DNA from: a virus
Length of the DNA stretch: 64,000 bases
Direction: 5' to 3' (one strand)
IMG/VR virus record: IMGVR_UViG_3300044613_003659
Span: 32,001 to 96,000 of that record
Shown here: positions 8,630 to 14,780 of the stretch, piece by piece
Layout of the letters: the number at the start of each line of letters is the position of its first letter
Position numbering within the stretch: position 1 is the stretch's first letter
The notes under the pieces: model-generated
What the model was told of the DNA's origin: nothing
The model's database searches: none
The model's input: the letters and a program-made list of their open reading frames with translations, nothing else
Position numbers and translations under genes: made by a program

Positions 8630-9691
8630 ATGAATAAAGTGTTTACAATCAAGCCAAATTTATTTCCAAAGAAAAACTTTAAAGATTTGTACTGCCCGGA
8701 TCCATTTGAAACAGTTCAAATTGATCAAGCAGGTAATGTTCGTTTATGTGGATGCGAAAACTGGCATCCTCAGCAAATAGGAAACATATTTCAACAATCA
8801 TTAGTAGAAATTTTTAATAGTAAATTAGCCAATCAAATTAGACAAAGTATACGTGATGGTTCCTATATATATTGCAACGAACAAACGTGTGGAAGCATAA
8901 TTAATCAAACATTAATTCCGTTAAATAAACTTGACCCAGAGCTTCAAAAAAAATTTACTACCTGCGATTACTTTGAAATGCCTTATACTTTTTATATTGC
9001 CGGCGATGATACTTGTAATCTAAGTTGCCCAAGTTGTCGCACAAGAGTAATTGATAAAAATGAATATAACCTCACGCAAAATTCTGCAGCATTAAATATT
9101 TTAAATGAACAAATTTTCAATGGATCAAGCGATAAAAATATTACTATAAAATTAAGCACATCCGGCGAAGTGTTTGCCAGTACTTTGTTAATGGAATTTG
9201 TTTCAAAATTCAACATTCAAAACTATCCTAAAGCAGAATTTTGGTTTCAAAGTAATGGACTTTTGATCAGCAGTAGATGGAACAGAATAGCGCATATCGC
9301 CGATCACATACAAAATTTCACTATTACAGCAGACAGTTGTACCAAAGCCACTTACGAAAAACTTCGAAGAGGTGGTAAGTTTGAAAAATTGCTTGATAAC
9401 TTAAATTTTTTGAAAATTAAAAAACATCAGCATCATTTTCATTTTATGTTACGTATAGTAGTGCAATATGACAACTATAGCGAACTAGAACAGTTTTATA
9501 ATTTTGCCAAATCGTATGATGTTGATTTAGTTGAATATGTTAGAATCACCAATTGGAACACATATTCTCAAGAACAGTTTTCTAGTATCGATGTCCTTGA
9601 TGCCAGACATCCATTATACGATACTGTTTCTAGTAAATTAAAAGTACTGCACCAGCGACCCGATGTAAAAATTTATGGAGCAACTTTGTAA
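8630..9691 (+). CDS. radical SAM protein with N-terminal SPASM/twitch-like Cys domain
   Basis: CNLSCPSC; N-terminal CPDPF...LCGC...IGNI; TATAAATA just upstream of the ATG. Confidence 0.85.
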   Translation: MNKVFTIKPNLFPKKNFKDLYCPDPFETVQIDQAGNVRLCGCENWHPQQIGNIFQQSLVEIFNSKLANQIRQSIRDGSYIYCNEQTCGSIINQTLIPLNKLDPELQKKFTTCDYFEMPYTFYIAGDDTCNLSCPSCRTRVIDKNEYNLTQNSAALNILNEQIFNGSSDKNITIKLSTSGEVFASTLLMEFVSKFNIQNYPKAEFWFQSNGLLISSRWNRIAHIADHIQNFTITADSCTKATYEKLRRGGKFEKLLDNLNFLKIKKHQHHFHFMLRIVVQYDNYSELEQFYNFAKSYDVDLVEYVRITNWNTYSQEQFSSIDVLDARHPLYDTVSSKLKVLHQRPDVKIYGATL

Positions 9692-9693
9692 AA

Positions 9694-9769
9694 TGGCAGT
9701 AGAGATCGGATTCGAACCGATGATAGCCACCGTATGAAGATGGTGCATTAGCCACTATGCTACTCTACT
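9694..9769 (-). tRNA. tRNA-Met(CAT), elongator-type
   Basis: Loop TT-CAT-AC, paired 1:72, CCA. Confidence 0.85.
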
Positions 9770-9999
9770 TTGGATTTTACTAATTTGATTATTTTTTCAA
9801 TTGTGATAGCATCAGCAGCTTCGTCGGCTTGGATAGCTATCTTGAACACTCGTTCAATATCCATGGTGATCTCTACGGTGTCAAGCGAGTCGGCACCAAG
9901 ATCAGCAACAATGGCATGCGCCATTGATAACTCTGCTGGATCTACTCCAAACTGATTGGCAATTATTTCAAATATTTTTGATTCTATGTCAGTCAACAT
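9760..9999 (-). CDS. acpP: acyl carrier protein
   Basis: DLGADSLDTVE phosphopantetheine motif, 79 aa, acidic. Confidence 0.9.
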   Translation of the reverse strand: MLTDIESKIFEIIANQFGVDPAELSMAHAIVADLGADSLDTVEITMDIERVFKIAIQADEAADAITIEKIIKLVKSKVE

Positions 10000-10714
10000 A
10001 TTGATACACTAGCCTACTTTGGTTGATTGAATTCATACTAACTACTTCGTTTTCAGTGGTGCCTCTGCGTATGTAAATACCCTCATGTATGAAGCTGTTA
10101 CGTTTAAAAACTGCACCTGGTTTTAGAGCTTTTACAGCCACTCCAAAAAATACATCCGGCTCCACAACGTTGTTGCCGGTCAAAATGCATTGTCTTTGAA
10201 ACACGCAATTTTTACCTACCACATTGTCATGCCCTATTAGCGTATTATAGTATATGCTAACAAAATCGCCAATCTTTGATTTTACCTCTATCATTACATG
10301 TGCATCCAAAAATACTCCGCGCCCAATTTCTGCATACTTGAGCATTCGTGCATCCCTATCAACCAAACTGATACAGTTTAGACTGTTGGATTCAATCAAG
10401 TCAATCAAACGATTTCGCTTTTGTCTGTTGCGTACAGCAACAGGAGATTGTTCCGGTATCCAATTGGTAGCACAGAAAAAATTATAGTTGTTTCTGTAGT
10501 GCGCCAATTTTGCAGTGTCATTGATAAATGATTCTGAATCAATGACAGGAATCTCACACAGTTGATCACAGTTACCGTAGTAATCAGAATCAATTATGCC
10601 AGCAACTGTAATGCCGTGGTCTTCGCAAATGCCGGCCAACTTGTACATTATGCTGTTTGATCCCAGAAATATCAAAGGCCGAGTGGCGTCATTGATGTGC
10701 GAGATATGCGTCAT
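9989..10714 (-). CDS. hexapeptide-repeat (LbH) acyltransferase, NeuD/PglD-like
   Basis: IGRGVF, IGDFVS and IGHDNVVG repeats after a Rossmann-like N-domain; start trimmed to MTHISH. Confidence 0.75.
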   Translation of the reverse strand: MTHISHINDATRPLIFLGSNSIMYKLAGICEDHGITVAGIIDSDYYGNCDQLCEIPVIDSESFINDTAKLAHYRNNYNFFCATNWIPEQSPVAVRNRQKRNRLIDLIESNSLNCISLVDRDARMLKYAEIGRGVFLDAHVMIEVKSKIGDFVSIYYNTLIGHDNVVGKNCVFQRQCILTGNNVVEPDVFFGVAVKALKPGAVFKRNSFIHEGIYIRRGTTENEVVSMNSINQSRLVYQYVD

Positions 10715-11750
10715 GTTGCTCTTCTTCAAATATCCTACGACGTTCTTGATCAACAAGACTTGCAAATTGATCATGTGTGATTGTTTCACCTTTGAATCTC
10801 AATGTGTTCATTGGCGCTGCATGTTCATACAACTTGTCCCAATAGGTAATTACTCTTGCCATGGTTCTACGGTCACCATCTTTGACATTGGTAGGGCGTT
10901 TGTGCAACGTGATCTCTTGGTCCATGAATACAATTTGCCCATCTTGCCAATGCTGGCTGTAAACCCAACGATTGTTATATACTATTCTTTTTAACTCATC
11001 AAATAGTCTCACACTTTCATCCATACTCATTCCCACAAATCCATCAAAACTGTGTGCAGGAAATTTAATACCCGGTAATCCTGTGACTGACTCGGCATAC
11101 AATCTAGTTTCTGTACCGTCCAGTGGTGCTTGATTGTAGCGTATGACCAAGCTGGGAGTTGGTTCTAGGTCTGGCGCCATACGTCCTTCTACCCAACGGT
11201 GTTTGCAATATAATTCTTTGACTGTGCTTTGCATATCGGCACTCATTGAGTCAAATGCATCATGGGTGCATAAAAATTGTGTACAACTGTTGGCAGTATC
11301 ACTTACGCTTTGCAGACCAATCACTCTTGGACTGTCATCGTATGCACATTGATCACTGTGCCAGTCTAGTTCACCATTTGGAAACAATCCCTTGGGACGA
11401 TTCTTTTCGTCTTTTTTGTATGTGACAGCAGAAACTGCAGAAATCATTTGTTTGTCTACATTTCTGATGTCTTTGGTTGTATATCCTAGGTGTAAATAAA
11501 TTTCTCTCCAATGCCGCCCATTCAAGCGTTCACTTACAATATAATCGTGTATAAGTGCGCGGCTGGGCCTGCCCCACTGAGTCTGTATTTCAAACAGTCT
11601 TTGTGTACTGATCTTTTGATCCACTAGAACAATACACTGGCTAGCAACTAGGCGCCCAAATTCAAGTATTTCCTCATCGGAGTTCAAATCAATATCATAC
11701 ACTTCTACACCTACACTGGCGCTATAATTCTTTAACGCACGAATTTTCAT
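10689..11750 (-). CDS. TauD/TfdA-family 2OG-Fe(II) dioxygenase
   Basis: GVEVYDIDL, WHSD, TQF, HWQDGQIVFMD...LHKR, R..R. Confidence 0.88.
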   Translation of the reverse strand: MKIRALKNYSASVGVEVYDIDLNSDEEILEFGRLVASQCIVLVDQKISTQRLFEIQTQWGRPSRALIHDYIVSERLNGRHWREIYLHLGYTTKDIRNVDKQMISAVSAVTYKKDEKNRPKGLFPNGELDWHSDQCAYDDSPRVIGLQSVSDTANSCTQFLCTHDAFDSMSADMQSTVKELYCKHRWVEGRMAPDLEPTPSLVIRYNQAPLDGTETRLYAESVTGLPGIKFPAHSFDGFVGMSMDESVRLFDELKRIVYNNRWVYSQHWQDGQIVFMDQEITLHKRPTNVKDGDRRTMARVITYWDKLYEHAAPMNTLRFKGETITHDQFASLVDQERRRIFEEEQHDAYLAHQ

Positions 11751-11927
11751 AACATTATCCTCTTAAAATTTTTTTTGTAGGCTAGCAGCAATCTGCATAC
11801 GGACGGCGTTCTACATGTAACACAGTAGTAAAAGGGTCGTACCCTAAGCGTCATAGTGATACCGACGTCAACTGTTGTTGGCGTTGCAAAATTATTTATA
11901 ATTAATTGTGTGTAATAAAAAAATACT

Positions 11928-12004
11928 TGGTACCCACTCCTGGAATCGAACCAGGGACCCCAACCTTATCAAGATTGTGCTCTAACCGACTGAGCTAAGT
12001 GGGC
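11928..12004 (-). tRNA. tRNA-Ile(GAT)
   Basis: Loop TT-GAT-AA, CCA. Confidence 0.93.
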
Positions 12005-12005
12005 A

Positions 12006-12080
12006 TGGCCGGTCCGGACAGATTCGAACTGCCGACAGCTGGTTTCGAAGACCAGAACTCTTCCGCTGAGCTACGGACCG
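12006..12080 (-). tRNA. tRNA-Arg(TCG)
   Basis: Loop CT-TCG-AA, CCA. Confidence 0.92.
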
Positions 12081-12110
12081 TTAAATAAAAGTATGCTTGG
12101 TAAATTAATA

Positions 12111-12187
12111 TGTTGGGTCTGGATGGATTTGAACCAACTACCTCCGTGTTGTTTGCACGGTGCTCTACCAGATTGAGCTACAGACCT
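12111..12187 (-). tRNA. aberrant tRNA-like gene, anticodon AAC (Val-like), no CCA
   Basis: Canonical D-arm TAGCTCAATCTGGTAGAGC, stem CCGTG/CACGG, loop CA-AAC-AA, T-loop TTCAAAT, ends ACA. Confidence 0.65.
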
Positions 12188-12264
12188 CCCCGGTCCGGGA
12201 ACTAATTCTCCTGCAACCGGTACAATATTTATAGGACAACAATTTACATAGTTCGAGAACTTAT

Positions 12265-12966
12265 ATGACATTACACATCATTGGACACAGTATGACAATC
12301 GGGCATCATTGTCATGAATCACAGTCAAATCGAAATTTACCTACAACATTCAGTGACATGTTGATAGAAAAATATCGTGATCAATTTGATGTTCAAGTGC
12401 ATTCCTACAGACAATGTTCTGAAGAACGAATTTTACAGATTGTAAGAACAATAAAGTCGCCCATCGATAAAGTGATTATTTTCCATTCCCACCCGTCATT
12501 TGTTTATTTTCCTAGTTTTGATCGAGACATTGGATGCATAGATGATATAGAATATATACAAAGTTTAGATATTGTATGTTACTATAATTACTGTAAACCC
12601 GGAAAACCATTTGACCCTAACGATAAGCTTTCTAGACCCATATCCGGCTCTGAGTTCGTGCAGATATATAAAACAGTTATGAACTACACGGTGTCAGCTG
12701 ATGTTTCACAAAAACGTTTCAATGGAGCAATACTACAAATTGATCAACTGCTAACAGTTAGAAAAATTCCTGTGATACATTGTCCAATGGCCAAAACATT
12801 ACCAGTCTGGTTTAATTTTTCTTCTGGCATTACAGATAACGAGTTGAGTATCATCGACTCGGGTAAACATAATATAGGGTACCAAAGATCTTTAAACGCT
12901 ATTGATAATGAAGGGAATACAATTATCTTTAATAAATTATCAGAATATATTGACAATTTAACTTAA
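12265..12966 (+). CDS. hypothetical protein (SGNH-like N-terminus)
   Basis: IIGHSMT; 233-aa ORF antisense to the tRNA array. Confidence 0.6.
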   Translation: MTLHIIGHSMTIGHHCHESQSNRNLPTTFSDMLIEKYRDQFDVQVHSYRQCSEERILQIVRTIKSPIDKVIIFHSHPSFVYFPSFDRDIGCIDDIEYIQSLDIVCYYNYCKPGKPFDPNDKLSRPISGSEFVQIYKTVMNYTVSADVSQKRFNGAILQIDQLLTVRKIPVIHCPMAKTLPVWFNFSSGITDNELSIIDSGKHNIGYQRSLNAIDNEGNTIIFNKLSEYIDNLT

Positions 12967-13042
12967 TGGTGCCGGCTCCTGGTTACGCTCCAGGCCATTA
13001 TGCTCTTCAGGCATACGCTTCCACTAGGTTAGCTTAGACGGC
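12967..13042 (-). tRNA. tRNA-Phe(GAA), atypical T-loop
   Basis: Loop CT-GAA-GA; T-loop AGCGTAA; CCA. Confidence 0.85.
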
Positions 13043-13043
13043 A

Positions 13044-13119
13044 TGGGGTGTCCGACCGGTATCGATCCGGTACTACCAGTTTCACAGACTAGTGTGCAGG
13101 CCACTACACTACGGACACC
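13044..13119 (-). tRNA. tRNA-His(GTG)
   Basis: Loop CT-GTG-AA, G-1:C73, CCA. Confidence 0.92.
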
Positions 13120-13121
13120 AC

Positions 13122-13196
13122 TGGTAGGGGATGAGGGATTCGAACCCCCGCATGGCGGAATCAAAATCCGCTGTCTTACCGCTTGACGAATCCCCA
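13122..13196 (-). tRNA. tRNA-Gln(TTG)
   Basis: Loop TT-TTG-AT, U1:A72, CCA. Confidence 0.92.
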
Positions 13197-13197
13197 A

Positions 13198-13347
13198 TTA
13201 ACTTGGTATGACTTTTGGAATGTAAGGAACATTCCTGGGCCCGTGACGTTGTTCAAACAACATTCTTGCTTCTTGCAAATCTTTTGCGTACACACGATCT
13301 TTTTGATCACCTTGCGGTGTTCTTACTGTAGTTTCATACATTGGCAT
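13198..13347 (-). CDS. small hypothetical protein (MPMYETTVRTP...)
   Basis: AAGGAG SD; start trimmed. Confidence 0.6.
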   Translation of the reverse strand: MPMYETTVRTPQGDQKDRVYAKDLQEARMLFEQRHGPRNVPYIPKVIPS

Positions 13348-13362
13348 TACCGTCTCCTTGTA

Positions 13363-13459
13363 CCATATAGAAACACACTGTGGGATTCGAACCCTCACTC
13401 TCGGCATCAGAGAGCATTACCACCCGTCGTGCCCTTCGGCTCAATGTGTTTTTATATGG
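13363..13459 (-). ncRNA. long-stem tRNA-like element E2, starting at the CCA of tRNA-Lys
   Basis: 18-bp closing stem (one mismatch) around a D-like TGGTAA arm, a CTCTC/GAGAG arm with 7-nt loop and a GGGTTCGAATCCC T-arm. Confidence 0.7.
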
Positions 13460-13533
13460 TGGGTGCGGTGAGATTCGAACTCACGACTCTCTGATTAAAA
13501 GTCAGATACTCTAACCAACTGAGTTACGCACCC
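13457..13533 (-). tRNA. tRNA-Lys(TTT)
   Basis: Loop CT-TTT-AA, CCA. Confidence 0.93.
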
Positions 13534-13686
13534 TTACGTTTGGGACCGCCGTCCGTCTTGTCACTGTCCATATGTCTCCTTAAAAATATATTTTACATCT
13601 ATTTTACATTACGGTCAACCATTACTAAAATTACTATTGTAAAAAATAATACTGTCAAAGCCCCATTTTGGTTTCCTCCTAAAAAA

Positions 13687-13863
13687 TTATTTAAATGGAA
13701 TACACCCTGCACTCGCTCTATAGTTTTCAATTTGAATAGTTTTTACTGCCTGATCTCGAGCCCTAATACAAGATTCGTAGTTTGGGAATTTCGCTTGAAT
13801 ACTACCGCTACTGGTTGGCAACTCAGATGTATTACTCCATAATGAAATTACCAGAATCCACAT
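13687..13863 (-). CDS. 58-aa protein with hydrophobic N-terminus and two Cys (not in ORF track)
   Basis: AAGGAGG SD; MWILVISLW...KFPNYESCIRA...AGCIPFK. Confidence 0.65.
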   Translation of the reverse strand: MWILVISLWSNTSELPTSSGSIQAKFPNYESCIRARDQAVKTIQIENYRASAGCIPFK

Positions 13864-13882
13864 ACAGCCTCCTTGTTGTATT

Positions 13883-13977
13883 TGGTAGTAGGCCAGGGAT
13901 TCGAACCCTGTCGTTCCAGCCCATCTAGCCAGTCTCCACGGTTTATAAGTCCGCGCCGCATACCAATGCTGCCTACC
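13883..13977 (-). tRNA. unusual tRNA with anticodon TAT (Ile-like), long variable region, short D-arm
   Basis: Acceptor GGTAGGC/GCCTACT-ACCA, loop CT-TAT-AA, T-arm CAGGG-TTCGAAT-CCCTG. Confidence 0.8.
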
Positions 13978-13984
13978 ATTTCAG

Positions 13985-14054
13985 CACACTCTGGTTGTCC
14001 AAAAGACCTCCTTCTCATCGTCACGGGACAAGAACGATATTCGTCCAAAGTGTA
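13985..14054 (-). ncRNA. long-stem RNA element E3
   Basis: Closing stem TACACTTTGG/CCAGAGTGTG (G:U pairs favour the minus strand); shares AGTGTG with E1 and E2. Confidence 0.5.
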
Positions 14055-14150
14055 TGATTGAGCAGACTAGTGGCTACGGTGATAGCACGACTGCTGTCCA
14101 AGCAGCTGGGATTACAAGGCCCCCGATACTCTTCTAATCTGTTCAATCAT
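14054..14150 (-). ncRNA. long-stem cloverleaf-like RNA element E4
   Basis: 17-bp closing stem ATGATTGAACAGATTAG/CTAGTCTGCTCAATCAT enclosing three short hairpins. Confidence 0.6.
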
Positions 14151-14245
14151 TCCCGTTTTACTAAGCCGTTACCGCCGGCAGGTTCATCAAGGGCTCCGCC
14201 CGTTTAGCAATTTATAGTGCTGCTGCGGCCTCGTTCCGCTTACAC
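14151..14245 (-). ncRNA. GC-rich structured RNA candidate E5
   Basis: Non-coding; hairpins AGCA/TGCT, GGGC/GCCC, GCCG/CGGC and possible GCCGC/GCGGT pairing. Confidence 0.45.
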
Positions 14246-14249
14246 TTTG

Positions 14250-14417
14250 TTATCTATGTCGCTTAGTTAGACGACGTAATTCTTCATTTGTTTCCAATTG
14301 CTCACGCAATCTTTTCATTTTACCTTTAACTAATTGTTCAAGTAACTTATCGTTAAAAACAAAATTACGTTCTTCTAACTTTTTTTGAAACGACAGTATA
14401 TCTTGTTCGTTCGTCAT
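14250..14417 (-). CDS. 55-aa basic coiled-coil protein, first gene after the attenuator (not in ORF track)
   Basis: AAGGAAG SD; MTNEQDILSFQKKLEERN...RRLTKRHR. Confidence 0.55.
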   Translation of the reverse strand: MTNEQDILSFQKKLEERNFVFNDKLLEQLVKGKMKRLREQLETNEELRRLTKRHR

Positions 14418-14429
14418 CGCTTCCTTTAT

Positions 14430-14466
14430 AAAACAAAAACCCCAGGGTTTTGAGTCCTGGGGTTTT
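14430..14466 (-). terminator. intrinsic terminator of the leader attenuator
   Basis: AAAACCCCAGG-ACTCAAAAC-CCTGGGGTTTT continuing TGTTTT. Confidence 0.9.
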
Positions 14467-14508
14467 ATAGAATTTAATTACAACCTTAGATTCTATGATC
14501 CCCCCAGG
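14456..14508 (-). promoter_or_regulatory. antiterminator hairpin overlapping leader codons 33-39 and the terminator 5' arm
   Basis: CCTGGGG (14508-14502) pairs with CCCCAGG (14462-14456); ATAGAATCTAA pairs with TTAAATTCTAT (10 of 11). Confidence 0.8.
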
Positions 14509-14605
14509 CACGATTACTATCACCGCGTGTAATCATAACCCAATAGGCTATTAGCCCAAATTCGGGTTGTGATTTAAATGAGCAATGTAATTGTACTTGG
14601 TTCAT
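14486..14605 (-). CDS. 39-aa attenuator leader peptide MNQVQLHCSFKSQPEFGLIAYWVMITRGDSNRAWGDHRI (not in ORF track)
   Basis: Manual translation; all 20 amino acids by codon 29; lies between promoter and terminator. Confidence 0.8.
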   Translation of the reverse strand: MNQVQLHCSFKSQPEFGLIAYWVMITRGDSNRAWGDHRI

Positions 14606-14615
14606 AATAGTTTCT

Positions 14616-14644
14616 ATACTACATTTATTTATCTTTGTAGTCAA
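14616..14644 (-). promoter_or_regulatory. promoter of the leader and tRNA array
   Basis: TTGACT-17 nt-TAGTAT, with a late-type ATAAATA in the spacer; -10 box ends 10 nt before the ATG; no SD. Confidence 0.7.
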
Positions 14645-14654
14645 CCTGATTTGA

Positions 14655-14683
14655 TAAAAAAGCCCGATAGTTGGGCTTTTTTA
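14655..14683. terminator. bidirectional intrinsic terminator after pqqA
   Basis: AAAAAAGCCCGA-TAG-TTGGGCTTTTTT. Confidence 0.85.
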
Positions 14684-14705
14684 TTTTTAAAAAGTTAACA
14701 ATGAA

Positions 14706-14780
14706 TTAACGATTTGCAATATACATAGTGATTTCAAAACCAAAACGCATATCATTTGCTTGTGGTGTAGTCCATGCCAT
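14706..14780 (-). CDS. pqqA: pyrroloquinoline quinone precursor peptide (not in ORF track)
   Basis: MAWTTPQANDMRFGFEITMYIANR, with the W..P...D.R.GFExxxY signature; AAGGAG SD. Confidence 0.93.
   Translation of the reverse strand: MAWTTPQANDMRFGFEITMYIANR

Noticed and set aside
13363-13459. Canonical YrlA Y RNA
   Set aside because: Arms are in ordinary tRNA order rather than permuted, and no Ro60 gene is in the window.
13597-13689. In-frame read-through extension after the 58-aa ORF (FFRRKPKWGFDSII...)
   Set aside because: The stop is TAA with no recoding signal; the SD-led alternative is only MGL*; insufficient support.
14151-14245. Hammerhead ribozyme (TTGATGA ... GTAAAAC)
   Set aside because: The core deviates from CUGANGA/GAAA and I could not build stem III.
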